Positions 37,582 to 50,500 of a DNA stretch of 64,000 nucleotides are shown here, piece after piece. Below the pieces are notes generated by a model. The model was given only the letters and a program-made list of their open reading frames with translations. It was not told where the DNA came from and ran no database searches. Source of the stretch: Eledone cirrhosa. Taxonomy: Eukaryota. The position numbers and the translations under genes were made by a program. The stretch spans positions 260,710,001-260,774,000 of the forward strand of contig OZ024742.1 in assembly GCA_964016885.1 (NCBI GenBank), in the 5' to 3' direction. Position 1 is the first letter of the stretch. The number at the start of each line of letters is the position of its first letter.

Positions 37582-38793
37582 TTATAGCTTCTTTCCTGCA
37601 TGAATATGCTTGTGAGTATTTAAGTAACTACTTCGAGAGAATGATTTACCACAGATATCACAGTAGTATGGCTTCTCTCCAGTGTGAATACGCTTGTGTG
37701 TTGTTAAGTGACTATCTATAGAGAATGATTTACCACAGATACCACAATGATATGGCCTCTCTCCTGTATGGATACGTTTATGTTTAGTTAAGCTACATGG
37801 TACAGAGAATGATTTACCACAGATGTCACAGAGATATGGTTTCTCTCCTGTATGAATGCGTTTGTGAGAGGTTAAGATATTCGTTTGAGAAAATGATTTA
37901 CCACAAATGTCACACTGATATGGTTTTTCTCCTGCATGAATGCGTTTGTGAGATGTTAAAAGAACTGTTGAAGAGAATGATTTATCACAGATATCACACT
38001 GATATGGCTTCTCTCTTGTATGAATATGTTTGTGAATAGTTAAATGATCACTTCGAGAAAATGACTTGCCACAAATATCACAATGATATGGCTTCTCTCC
38101 TGTATGTATACGTTTGTGAGTGGTTAACTCAGTATATCGAAAGAATGATTTATCACAGATTTCACAATCATATGGCTTCTTTCCCGAATGAATATGCTTG
38201 TGAGTAGTTAAGTAATCACTCCTAGAAAATGTTTTGCCACAGATATCACAGTGATATGGCTTCTCTCCTGTATGAATACGCTTGTGTGTAGATAATTTGC
38301 CATTTCGAGAAAATGATTTACCACAGATATCACAGTGATATGGCTTTTCCCCAGTATGAATACGTTTGTGAGTAGTTAAGTAACTACTTTGAGAGAATGA
38401 ATTACCACAGATATCACAATGATATGGCTTCACTCCTGTATGAATGCGTATGTGAGTAGCTAAGTGAACTTTTGTAGAGAATGATTTACCACAAATATCA
38501 CAGTGATAGGGTTTCTCTCCTGTATGTATACGTTTGTGTGTTGTTAACGAACCCCGTTGAGTGAATGATTTATCACACACGTCACAATGATATGGTTTCT
38601 CTCCAGTGTTTCTATGTTTGTATCTAGTTAGTTTATTTTTATTGGAGAATGATGTCTTACAGATATCATTGTAGTTTGATACTTCTTTTTCCTGTTTCAG
38701 TATCTCATCGGGAAAATCACTCATTTTAGACTGCGTTTTATATTTATCTTGGTTGTCACTTAGTTCATTTTCCATAATTTTTTCTTTCACCAT
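37582..38793 (-). CDS. C2H2 zinc-finger protein, 12 canonical fingers
   Basis: Intact 403-aa ORF with [16 protein letters not shown] repeats; candidate acceptor at 39269-39271; upstream sequence similar to that of the 16800-18008 gene. Confidence 0.95.
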   Translation of the reverse strand: MVKEKIMENELSDNQDKYKTQSKMSDFPDEILKQEKEVSNYNDICKTSFSNKNKLTRYKHRNTGEKPYHCDVCDKSFTQRGSLTTHKRIHTGEKPYHCDICGKSFSTKVHLATHIRIHTGVKPYHCDICGNSFSQSSYLTTHKRIHTGEKPYHCDICGKSFSRNGKLSTHKRIHTGEKPYHCDICGKTFSRSDYLTTHKHIHSGKKPYDCEICDKSFFRYTELTTHKRIHTGEKPYHCDICGKSFSRSDHLTIHKHIHTREKPYQCDICDKSFSSTVLLTSHKRIHAGEKPYQCDICGKSFSQTNILTSHKRIHTGEKPYLCDICGKSFSVPCSLTKHKRIHTGERPYHCGICGKSFSIDSHLTTHKRIHTGEKPYYCDICGKSFSRSSYLNTHKHIHAGKKL

Positions 38794-39809
38794 ATCATTT
38801 TCTTGTGTTAAGCTATATATTTTATCTTAACAAATACTTCTTTAACTATATTTCCATCAACTCTTTTCTTTGTTGATATCTGAAGATGTTAAATGGTTTG
38901 TTAGAAGCAATCATTTCTGAGAAAAGTGTTCCAAGGTTATTTATTAGAAGAGAACATCCTGTAATAAAGAGCCAACAAGTGAAGTGGTACTAAAATGAAT
39001 CCATTTATCAAGACTTGCAGAGATGCCAGTTATATCTTCATGGTAAATCTGTCCAAGCTTAATTAGAATGCAAAATTGTATAGTACTTATTTGAGTCTGT
39101 GAAATAGAAAAATGTTGCTAATAATCTCAGTTCAGAGGAATTTTTTCAAGGTAATTTCAACATTAAATTTATATAAACAAGATTTCCCCTGTTGTGTATA
39201 ACGTCTTTAAAAAATGATAAACATTGTAGATTCATATGACGAAGAGAATTCTATTATACAAATGCCATCTGAAATAATAAAGAAACAGTATAAAATATAG
39301 AGGATACTTAAAATGTAAAGATTCAAACATGGAAAGTTTACTATATTTCTATATTATAAATGCTTGTTTTATTGGCTTGTATAATAAACACATTAAACAT
39401 ACACTGCACGAAGGACCAGTACACTGTATATAGAATCAATATAATATTTGTTATTAATAGGGATTCTTTATTTCGAAGTTTCACCAAAGCTACCAGCTTT
39501 TCAAAAAAGCATCTCTTTTTTTGTTTTATTTCTAAAAGATTTTATTCAGTTGTATAAATCTAATCTAATTTTATTCACAGTTGTATAAATAACATTAAAA
39601 TTGTTCACAATTTTTTCAGAATGAAAATAGAAACACATAATAAATACAATTAACTATTGCTAGGAACCTCACAAATATAACGCACCAAAATATATGTTCA
39701 GAGTGAGAGAAAGATAAAAAAGAGGTAAACAAAAACGACCATCAATTCAACACCAAGTGTGACAATTGGTCACACAACATACCACAGGGGTCAATGGAAG
39801 TTTTTTATC

Positions 39810-42130
39810 AAGCTAATATGCACGCAGTATTATTGCAGGTGATGGCGAAGCTAAGGCACTGAAACAACCAAGCACCTATATGAGCATTACCTGACACCTC
39901 AGTAAGGTGAGCTGCCAACAATGACAAGAACTTCACTGTCAGTGGTCTAATTCCACCAAATGTTTCAAATGCCAAAGGCTGCAAAAAATAATTATTTGAT
40001 ATTTCCCGATATTTTCAGATTTTATTCTGTTTGGCAATGGAAGCAGTGACCCTCACATTTACCACAGCATCCATGAAATGAGAGGGAGCAAAAGAGTCAC
40101 TGACTGTGACGCCCCAAGGAGAAAAAGGTAAGGTTGTCTGGTCTCTTCCCATCACTGCTGGCTCCAGAACTGAGGGGATATTTACCCGAACTAGGGCCTG
40201 CTTAATGATCAGGTTTAGCTTGGTCTGGCAGATGAAGTGAGCGACTAGCATTCAGGTGGCAGATCAAACCATATAGGCTTGTGAAGTCAAGGGATTTACC
40301 ACGACATCTCAGATCCACCCAGACATCAGCTCTCACTCAGAGTGCAATGGAGATGCAGAGCTTGTCCTGACAAAGAAAACCACCAATTGGCCACAGACAG
40401 AGCATCAATCCAGTCCCCCGAAAGTAAATGGCACTTAGAAAATTGATCAGAATGATCAAAGAGAGAGTTTCGCTTGAATGCAGATTGTCCCATACTCTCT
40501 GCTTCCATCTGTTCTCATCAGTATCAGGAACCGACAAACCCAGCTCCGTCCACTGTAGTAAAGCTTCATCCATCTCCCTGGTGGAACTAGTTCATGTTGG
40601 CAAGGAGAGGATGTCCCACTAAAGGGGAGCAAACCTGGATGGAGGAAAGAAATCAAGGTAGAGACAGAAATGAGCATTTACGCAGACCAAGACCTCCAAA
40701 CTGTTTTGGCAAGGTAGCCTGGTCATGGGGCTCTGGAAAGAGTCAGGACACTGACTAGGCCCTCGAGCTCACTGAATATTAAGTTGTCAAATAGTTTGAT
40801 AGATGATGATAATTTATAAGAGGGACTAAATAAGGAAATATAACAACTTAGCAATTGACAAGTAATTCCTAAGTATAAAAAACCTTGATGAGGCTCAATG
40901 GCTTCAAGGTTTTTTAAAAGTTGCTCAAGGTTAGCCAACTTAGATTGAAAGATGGACTCACAGGCTCGATCAGTAACTGGGGTTTCAAGGGAGTACCATG
41001 CTGATGAGGGAAGAAACTGTAAACAGTCTGCTGATGTGAAGCTGGGTGGTTGAGGGGCCAGAGGTCACATTTGGAACTGTTGAGCTAAAGGCCCCTATGA
41101 CCCAGTTCCTCAATTATTGTCTTCACAGTTGCAAGAATTTTGTCTGGAGGAACCCCCAAACAAGCATCATACAGAATCCAGGCAAACTTCTATCTTGGTG
41201 ACGTCATTAATGCGCAGTGTGAAAAAAGCAGGTCCGAGCGGGTCACCTTGTTGGACCCCTGTAGCAGATAGGATGAAATGGTCACAGAAGGAGAGGTAGG
41301 AGGGCTTCTGATAGGCTTGCCAAGCAAAATGGTAAAGCTGAAGAGGCCTCTCCTTTACTGAACAGAGGATGACATCCTGGCTGATGGAATTGAAAGCATT
41401 CCTGAGATCTAGCTTGAAGAAGGCAAGTTGGTAAATGCTCTGGTGGTGTGAGCAGCAGCATCACAGCCCAGCTTGGTACCCACACGTAGCTGAATAAGGA
41501 AAAAAAATTAGTGGACAGGCAGTCTGAAATCGTGGACAGACATACTTTTGCAGTAAACAGTCACAGAGTGCACCTAACTGCTATGGGGCAGAGTTCACCG
41601 TTGGGCTTTGTGAGGCCAAATAGTTTAGCTCCAAAGGCAAAGAGTGAATATAAGGGAGAACATTCTCAGACGAAAACAGGTTAAGGAACTGGGTGAAGTT
41701 ATCCAAGAGCTCAAGGCCGGCATCTCCGGCTGATAAGGAGACTCCATCTTTGAGGTGATGTAGTCGTAGACCACTAATCCCTGCGTCAGAACCTGCAGGA
41801 AAGGATATGATCACATTCCTGACGTTATCTGGGGTGAATAACTTGGAGGATCGGGCCAGTGTAAATGGTCATTTGAAGGGGCCAGAGGATGTTTCTCCTT
41901 CAGTCGGTTGAGTGAATTAGTAGTGAATTAGAGGGATGACAGAGAGGAGAAGAAACGAATAGTCCCTTTAATGTCAAATTCGTTGAATTTGGCGTTGACG
42001 GCCTTCTTTAAGTTCGGTTATCGTCCATTGATCAAAACTGAGTTGATCATTGACCTGAGATGAGCAGTAGTTGGGGTTGAATCAAACAACTCGAACTACC
42101 GTTTGGGGGAAGATGTGAGGGAAACGAATT
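39810..42130 (-). mobile_element. Long decayed CRE-clade retrotransposon (RT + REL endonuclease)
   Basis: SFPAGSDAGISGLRLHHLKD, GVQQGDPLGPAFF near 41225-41260, RVNIPSVLEP, LFQCLSFAITCNNTACILA*. Confidence 0.8.
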
Positions 42131-42713
42131 TCGCGTTGGATACGTGGTGAAAGACTATTTTTTATGTCTTTCTCTCTTTCTACCCTCGGTTTAACAGATT
42201 TCAAATTTAATGTACTAAATAATAATACAATACTGTACTACTACTACTGCTACTGCTACTGCTGCTGTTGCTACTACTACTACTATAATCACGGTAAATA
42301 TTTTTCAACTACAATGTCAACTGAAGTAAAAATTACATATTCTTTGTTTTCATAGAAAAATTTTAACTTATGCATTGGTGTATATTGTATTAATTTTTTT
42401 TACATTAAAAACAATAAGAAGGTTCGCTAGGTTAGCTTCAATTTAACGGACTTTCGGCATTAATGGACACACCTTCCTTTATTGGTCCGTTAATTTGAGG
42501 CTTTACTACATATATATATATATATATATAAATATATTTCATTACCGTAGGTGATATTTTGATAGGTAAAGGATGACACGAATATCTCATCTACAGTAGA
42601 AATATACTATACGGTAGCCAGGCGGTCAATAGCAAATTGATAATTTTAGTCAATAAATTGCAAATGACAACATCATTTTGATCTCCATTTACAATGGGGT
42701 TTATTTATTTTTT

Positions 42714-42746
42714 ACCGGAAGTGAACTAAGGAGTCGGAAGTGACGT
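42714..42746. promoter_or_regulatory. ETS and ETS-CREB composite motifs, candidate promoter
   Basis: ACCGGAAGTG (42714-42723) and CGGAAGTGACGT (42735-42746); minus-strand donor-like ACG|GTAATG near 42545. Confidence 0.45.
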
Positions 42747-42849
42747 AAAGTCGTGCTTGTAATGTTTATTGATCAACTGAAATTAATTTTACAATTTTCA
42801 AGAAGCGATTAGGGAGACATTCTCAATGTGGTGTATATACTATGCTGAC

Positions 42850-44044
42850 TACCCACTGATTTCAGTGGGAGATAATTTTTTTCCTTTGTTTTTTTGGTAC
42901 TACAACGCTATTAGCTGTCAGTGGAAGCAGCCGATGAAAGCAGGCGAAGATGACGTCACTCGTCAAACATCGTTTATTTCCGTTTTACTACCACGCGTAA
43001 GTGGAGTTTTCACGCGTTTTTTAGAGATAGAGAGGGGGAGAGAGAGGGGAAGAGAGAGAGAGAGGGAAGAGGAGAGAGAGAGGGAAGACTTAAAAGGGCC
43101 AAATTAGAAAACAAATAGAAAACAAGTCATGGTTATAAAGCATATCGATGTAAGTGGAGTTACTTAAATGAAAATATAGGTGGCCCTTAAAAGGGCCAAA
43201 TTAGAAAACAAATTTAAGTTAATTAGAAAACAAGTCATGGTTATTAATGTAGAAAACAAGTCATTCATATATTTAAGTTTTATAATCAAATTTTTACATT
43301 GATAACCATGACTTGTTTTCTATTTGTTTTCTAATTTGACCCTTTTAAGTCTTCCCTCTCTCTCTCTCTCTTCCCCTCTCCCCCCTCTCTATTTGTAAAA
43401 AACGCGTGAAAACTCCACTTACGCGTGGTAGTAAAACGGAAATAAACGATGTTTGACGAGTGACGTCATCTTCGCCTGCTTTCATCGGCTGCTTCCACTG
43501 ACAGCTAATAGCGTTGTAGTGCCGTTTTTTTTTTTTTTCGTGTGCTATCAATTTAACTCCCTCTTAATATGGTGCAAAGGACATATTTCTCGGAAAAGGA
43601 GGGGAGACAGTCGAACTTTTGATTTCCTGAGTTTTCTTTACAATTTTTCCCCTCAGTCTTTTTTCGTGTGCTACAAACTAATCTTACCCCCGATCATACT
43701 GCAAAGCGCCTGGGGATAGGGTTAGGCTGGGTTGGGTTTGGAGTTGGAGTTGGGATTAGGAGGTAAAGAGGGAGCGACGGTCACGTTTGAGCCCCCTCCC
43801 CATCCACTTCTGCTTCTGGGGAAAAAGTCCTTTGTAGCATGTTCAAAGGTAAGATTAGTTATCACACAAAAAAAAAAAATCGTAAAGAAAATTCTGGAGG
43901 TGGGGATGAAACGCCCGGTAGTCCCCACACCGTTTTATGAGTAAAATGTCCTTTGTACCATATTAGGAAATAAGTTCCTTTGATAGTACACGGAAAAAAT
44001 TATTTCCTACTGACATCGGTGGGCGTGTCTCTATAAATTATGTC
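42850..44044. mobile_element. Foldback element (same family as 5045-5815), interrupted by a MITE
   Basis: CCCACTGATTTCAGTGGGAGATAATTTTTT pairs with AAAAAATTATTTCCTACTGACATCGGTGGG; TTCGTGTGCTATCAA arm motifs; degenerate (TTAGGG)n centre at 43712-43762. Confidence 0.7.
42896..43523. mobile_element. Merlin-like MITE with long near-perfect TIRs
   Basis: GG(T/C)ACTACAACG... TIRs with about 125 bp near identity, extending to about 240 bp; 8-bp TSD GTTTTTTT (42888-42895, 43524-43531). Confidence 0.85.
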
Positions 44045-44669
44045 CGATCAAAGCAGCTCGTTTTTTTTTTAAAATCAAAGTGGAACGAGAGACAAATGGT
44101 TGCGAAATACTGCATTAGGGTATTTAAAACATACACACATACATATATTACATTATACTAGCAGAAAAACAACCCTTCGGGTGGTTTTCTGCGAGCATGT
44201 GTAGTGTGTATATTGATATTATACGCAAGTATATATGCATGTAGATATGATACATCAAATAAAATCGTAATTGACAATGTACACAGAAATTGAACGAAGT
44301 CTGTTACACTGTCTTCTGTAATCAGTAAAGTAAACCGTGATACATTAAAAAAAGGACGATATTATATATAAACTGCATTAGGAGAAAATTAGCGACGGAA
44401 ATATTTGCGATATTTTTACAAGTGTTATAATATAACGGCCGCCAACCAGATGTGTTGACATTTGAAAATTTTAAAGAAGTGAATCTTTAAATAAGCTATA
44501 AAATATATTTAATCAGCCACGAAATTTAGCACATAAATTATGTAATATTCATTCATTATTTATTCAAAGTAATCCAACTTATTTTATAAACGGGGTAAAA
44601 AATATATATTCTGGACGCAGTCCCGCACTCCTTTCTTTATTATAGTTAAGATTGTTTAAAATAAACAAA

Positions 44670-44797
44670 ATATCAGAGGAGGGAAAACTGGAGATGACAT
44701 GCACACTCAATTCTACAGGCAAACCAGGATACGGCACTATTGCAGGTGATATCGAGACTAAGGCACTGAAATAGTCAAGTACCACCAGGAACTTCAC
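44670..44797 (-). mobile_element. CRE-clade 3' stub
   Basis: TATTGCAGGTGAT...CTAAGGCACTGAAA matches 39831-39865. Confidence 0.65.
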
Positions 44798-44808
44798 CGG
44801 GTATATGC

Positions 44809-44839
<31 letters not shown>

Positions 44840-44840
44840 A

Positions 44841-44922
44841 GTCGGTCACTCTTGAGTGCTACTGGTAACATGTAACCCAGTACAACCTGTCGCATGGTCG
44901 GGTCGTCGGCGACTAAACCGGC
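44841..44922 (+). ncRNA. HDV-like ribozyme, 5'-truncated
   Basis: P2 GTCGGT/ACCGGC, P3 CAC/GTG, L3 TCTTGA, GG, P4 CATGTAAC/GTCGCATG, J4/2 GACTAA; 5' P1 strand absent. Confidence 0.55.
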
Positions 44923-45330
44923 AACCCCACCAAGTTTACTTGCTAGGGTTGCCGGGTGATTTTGGACACCCTGTAGGGCAAAAAACAAAACCTGACAAAG
45001 GGCGGAAGAACTCATAAAAGTCAACGGCCATCCAAAAGTGTGTAAATATGTATTTACACATGTACCACGCGGTTAAACCACTGGGAGTGAAGGACCCCTA
45101 GCCTTTGTCAGGGCATTCTTCTAGGAGAAGGCAACTCAGGAAACTGGGATAACTCCGATATAATACCTGCGGCTCTGTAGTTACAGATGATGTTGATCTT
45201 TTCTTCTTTTCGGGTTATAGCTACTGTCGCTCAGAGAGTGGGATTGGCTCAGTGCACAGTCTTTCCTCACTTTAAAAAATATCTTCCTGCACAGGCATTG
45301 CACGATAGAAATAATTAATAATTATTAATA
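44841..45330 (+). mobile_element. Non-autonomous RTE-5'UTR-derived retroelement
   Basis: Starts with HDV-like fold, contains CTAGGAGAAGGCAACTC (RTE 5'UTR-like), ends in (TAA)-like tail, no ORF. Confidence 0.55.
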
Positions 45331-45601
45331 ATGGTATATCGCGCAATGGCCATACTCGATAACGATTGGGCAGTCATCATATTATATGTATATATAGGCT
45401 GCCTAGTTTGACAGGGACTGTCCTGGTGTTATCCTAAAATTACACAAAAGTGACCTTGATACTTTTTTCTGTTTTTTAAGCTTTATCAATCAGCCAGAAA
45501 TGTAAATACACAATCTAAGGAGCGATGGACGCGGATCCCATGAATGGATCAAATTACATTGTCTTTGTTGGTGGGCACTTCATGTTGCCATTATTCGCTG
45601 T

Positions 45602-45659
45602 CTGTATTTTAAAATTAACCTGGTTCTTATATCAGAACCAAGTTAATTTTAAAATACAG
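45602..45659. repeat. 26-bp-stem hairpin
   Basis: CTGTATTTTAAAATTAACCTGGTTCT-TATATC-AGAACCAAGTTAATTTTAAAATACAG, one mismatch. Confidence 0.9.
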
Positions 45660-46127
45660 GCTCACAAGATTACCTTTACAGTTGAGATGCTGAAATAGAT
45701 TAAAAACATCAACACACCATGATATCTGCAGCAAATATCTGCATGGGATGGCTAATTAACTGGGTGCTTTCATTGTTGTGGTGCTGCATCAGCATACAAG
45801 GTGGACTTTGTGATTTTTGTCATGGCACAGTATTATGGGAAGTCAGATGTCAAGTGTGTCCAGATTTCATGGGTTAGGCAGGTGAGGAGTATCAGGTTGG
45901 GTGGGGGCAGATGAGTTAGACATCGATTAAATGCATGGGATATTTAGGTGCAAGTAGGGTTTAAGGCGGAGGGGCTGCTGTAGGCTAGTGTGCCCTCTGC
46001 ATGTTTGTTTTGTTTCATTTTGTGCACGTGTGTAAGGGGTGGGGGGCTTCGGCAGTACAGTATAATGCAAGAGGTCTCAACCTTATGTCATCTCTGGGCA
46101 AGGTCAGCTTTCATTATTAAATGTGCC

Positions 46128-46305
46128 AATTCGGTAGAGGGTCGGACGCCATGCTTTGAAGCATAGAGTTACGTCCCTGTATGATCTGAGTTCAAATCCC
46201 GCCGAGGTTAACTTTGCCTTTCATCCTTACGGGGTCGATAAAATAAAGTACCAGTAATGCACTGAGTTATTGCTGGCCTTGTGCCAAAAGTAGAAACAAT
46301 TATTA
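46128..46305 (+). mobile_element. Meta-domain tRNA-derived SINE
   Basis: GAGTTCAAATCCCGCCGAGGTTAACTTTGCCTTTCATCCTTACGGGGTCGATAAAATAAAGTACCAG; near-identical to 61833-62003. Confidence 0.8.
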
Positions 46306-47082
46306 AATGTGCCAATATAAATTTCAAATTATATTTGAGATGGAAACTTTATATTATCATATTTTGTCACCTCAACTCTGACGCTTAAAATCTAATATTT
46401 TTATTTGAAAATGTTTGACTAAGTTAAATTAAATCTAAATATTTTTGACACAAAACTATCTGCTACCATTCCTGATTATATGATACAGTACTTTTTATTT
46501 TAAAGTGTTCACATTTTTCTAAAAGCATTCTGTCAGAGTTAACATGTTCACACACCTTAGCAGCACCACCACAGGAATTGTCTACGGAATTAGAGACGTC
46601 AATATCGTCTTCATTAGACTTCACATCTGGCCGAGGAATAGTTTCAGGCTCATAACCTAGTTGAAGAGTGTGCATGAGCGTAGCCTAGTGATTAGGGTGT
46701 GAGGCTAACAGTCGTAAGATCGTCTGTTCTATCCTCGAACTAAATCACTTCATTTCACACTGCTTTTATTATTGTACTGTGGCACCTACATAAAAAAAAT
46801 CCTCCTATGAAAAACAACTTTGTAGGAGGCCAGCTAAAAAAACCTACATAGGTGTGAGCTGTAACATGACAATACTGGGTCTCCTTGAAAGGCCTGCATA
46901 AAACTCTGCATGCTCGTTGACAAGATACGTTTCCCCACTCCAATTGTTCATTTTATCGTGTGTGATGAATAATCTATCTGTCGAGTATTTACAACAGGAC
47001 TACACCACGCAGTAGGGAGAATAATCTACAAGCCAGTCACGGAAGATCTGCAAAATCCTTCAACGAGCCTTAGTACAGTTGT

Positions 47083-47192
47083 AAAATTCTTCCGCCAGTT
47101 ACAGCACAGTCAAAAAGTTCTTCCGCCTTTCAGTTTGCCGCAGCACTGTCGTAAAAATCTTCCGCCAACCACAGCACAAAACTCTTCCGCCG
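47083..47192. repeat. Four-copy ~30-40-bp tandem repeat
   Basis: AAAA..TCTTCCGCC...CAGCAC repeated four times. Confidence 0.75.
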
Positions 47193-48190
47193 GCATCTAA
47201 ATAACCTAATACTAAAACATCAAGTAAAATGTGGAGAGGATTATGACTTTAATTCTAGTTGTGGTGATAATGACGACGGCAATCGTGATGATGAAGAATT
47301 ATCAATTTTAGAATATAAATTATATAGCATCTCCCTGGATCTGAAAATAGAGATAGAGTTACTGCCCTTGACAGCGTCTTTGTTAAATTTCCATTTACGG
47401 CTTTTGTTTAGTGCACATCTCTAGTTTTGTTAGCTCTATTGGTTAAAACTTATGTAATGTATTCAGTTAAATATAAATTAACTGAGGAGTTAACATACAA
47501 ATAGAACTGAACGCTTGCTGTAAAAGTTCGAAGTTGCCTTGAAGATTTCGTTGTCCTCTCAGACTTACGTTCTGCCTAATAATATAAGAGCCCTCATTGG
47601 GTTTGTAATAATATGTAAGTATTTATATAATTATCTAGTTTGTTTATATGTGACATTTTAAGTATAGTCTTTGTTTAGATGTGTTTAATAGATAAAGGTA
47701 AGAAACTGAAGAAAAAGAGCATTTTTTAAAAATGAAACTAAATGCTATATCATTACACGAGATTCTCGTTTTGTTGCAGGGAATCTGTACTGTCAAATAT
47801 CTAATTATTAGGAGTAACCTTCGTTTTAAGATCACCGCAACTTTTCATAAATTCTGTAAATGAAAATAACATTCGGTCAATAATCATCGACGCAATACTT
47901 TTATATATACCAGACATGATTACCCTTTAATACAATTCTGACCTATAATCATTCTTGCTTTCATATCACATTTTTAAAAGATAATCTAATTGTTTCCGTA
48001 ATAAACCATTCGGATTTTATGACTACAGATCAGGTAACGTTTCCTTTCTTAATGTCCCTTTTCATTTTAAGTACACTTATTCCGTATCCCGAGCGACTGT
48101 TCACTCACGGAGATTGCCGGAAATATCTGATCTTAAAACGAAGGATTGTCATTAAATACACTAAGAAAATAAGTTGTCAGAAATGAGCTG

Positions 48191-48226
<36 letters not shown>

Positions 48227-49419
48227 TCACACTCACACACACACTGAAACCATAAATAACCAGGTCAGAATTAACAGCAATTTTATGGAAGGAAAAGAAA
48301 GAAGCCGATCATCAGATCGGATCAAGGGAATAATGCTTCCATTGATCTTTCCAGTAGCTTGTCGCAACTCTTGGTAGAAGGAACAGCGCGTTGCCCAGTC
48401 CAGAATTCGAACCCACAACTTTATGACAAATGAGTCCAATACTGTAAGAACTAGGCCACGTGTCTATCAAAGAAATAGGCCCAATAGCACGAGATCCCAT
48501 CACACTTTGTATGACGTCATAACATCTTTTTTATTATAGATTTCTCAATGAATACTCGGTTTTCCCCTACAAATCACTGATTCATGTCATAACTAAATAT
48601 TTTGCCTTGATAGTTGTGTAAAGTCCTAACATCTAATGTTATGAGCCAATACATTTCAATTACTTAAAATTATACCCGTATTATTTATTGACTATTCACA
48701 GAAGGCAAGGGAAGATAATCCCGAAATTCAAATTAGAGCTAGAATCTTGTACCTGACCTTTGTCAGTACGGCGTAAATTATGGACATATTTCAGTCCTAT
48801 TTGACATCCATAGCTTGGCATTTTCTTACCAGAGGTGCTACACCTCGGGACAGCTGCAGAATATATAAAGCTTTAATGAATAGACACTATTACCTCAATA
48901 GAATCATTGCTTCGTTTTCCATTCAACATAACATTTTAATTTTCCTTATGCTCCCATGAAAATGTCGACAGAAAGATAATTTGTATTCCGTAATGTCAGT
49001 TAAGCAACTTTTTACTTTTATTTCTATCGAGTAAACTAGAGCACTGAACGTAACAAAAACTTAGTTATAGTCCTTGATGATATGATGTCCAGTGTCACTC
49101 ATGACCTTCAGGTTGCCCTTACCAACGGTCATACAGCTTCAACCCAGTTAGTACAGTTGCCAAGATGACCAAATGCATGGACTGGTTTACAAGCTCATAG
49201 ACATAGCTGAAATAACTTGTTTAGATATATTGCTCACATATACTTCTAAAGTGATGGACCAGGGCACAGTCCATTCCAGAATAATTGGGATTAGAGCCGC
49301 TTCCTTCTTCCATGCTAATAATTTGCATTTAACTATTTATTTAATCCATATAGATGTTCATATAAAGCTGGTAATTCACGACAAACAGAAATAAGTATTT
49401 AATATTACTTCAACACGAT

Positions 49420-50500
49420 GATGATCATCATCACCGTTTTATGTCTTGCATGAGTTGGACGGGCCGTCCCTCCACTCATTGCAGTCCTTCGTCATCTCGG
49501 TGAATGTCAGTGTTTTAAGATCAGGTCTCTTCATCCAGGTCTTCCTTAATATTACTCTACTGCAACTTCCTTTCACTGGAATTTCTTGGGACTTCTTCAT
49601 CCAATGATCATCATCCATATGCATCACATGCCCATACCAATGCAGTCTTCTCTCCTGCACACTACATCTGATTCCTCTTATACTTAGCTTTTCTCTCAGC
49701 TCATCTATGCCTTGTCATTCATGCATATTAATTTGCACATTTCCTCAAACTTCTCCCCTCCCATTGCAGTAACCGTCCCTCCCCTATTACCTACATCTGC
49801 ACTTTCCCCAAGCTTTCTCCCCTCCCTAGTTTTAAGACAAAAGTGCCCAGTCCTCACTAAAGTGGTTGTATCAGCGACACAACAAAAAATGCCCAGTCCA
49901 CACTGTAATTTGGTCGTGAAAGTGACACAACAAAAAGCACCCAGCAGCACACACTGTAAATGTAGTTGGCGTTTGGAAGGGCATCCAGCTGTAGAAACCT
50001 GGGTGAGCTAAACATGGTCTTCTGACCATATTTTCTCCCTAAGGGTCAACCTCTCCTGCCCATGCTAACGTGGAAGATGGACGTTAAATGATGATCAAAG
50101 CATACTTGCTTCATTTTTCTCTTGCCTTCATATATCCTCTGTATTCACTACTCAAGGCTCACTACCATACATTGCACACAGGCATCATACAGCTGGCTTT
50201 TCATTTGTAAAAAGAAACCTTTTGTTGTCAACAGAGGAAGCAGCTCCCTGAACTTTTCCCATCTTGTTCTAATTCTAGCTACTATGCTCTCATAGCAACT
50301 CCCTTTCTCTGTTGATTAGATCATCTAGATAGTGGAAGCTATCAATCACTTCTATGGATCCTTCCTGGGAATGAAAAAAGTTTATTTCACTGATGCTCTT
50401 ACTACCAACAATCCCTGTGCATCTGCTACATATAAAGTCTACCTTTTATGTTAACCTGCCTACTATCCTTTGAGTCCTTTTGTACCCAAGATTTGCATTG
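49420..50500 (-). mobile_element. RTE LINE 3' remnant interrupted by a + strand SINE tail (about 49860-50095)
   Basis: QERRLHWYGHVMHMDDDHW...RKTW; (CAT)n tail at 49420-49435. Confidence 0.7.

Noticed and set aside
42826-43551. Two ORFs sharing YNAISCQWKQPMKAGEDD
   Set aside because: Produced by the MITE terminal inverted repeats
43712-43762. Interstitial telomere or fusion scar
   Set aside because: Short, degenerate and located at the centre of a foldback element
46676-46745. tRNA-like sequence (also 50790-50835 and other SINE heads)
   Set aside because: Only A/B-box remnants, no complete cloverleaf; better explained as SINE heads
47083-47192. Repeat-spacer-like pattern suggesting CRISPR
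   Set aside because: Intervening parts are similar to each other and variable in length; eukaryotic context; no cas genes
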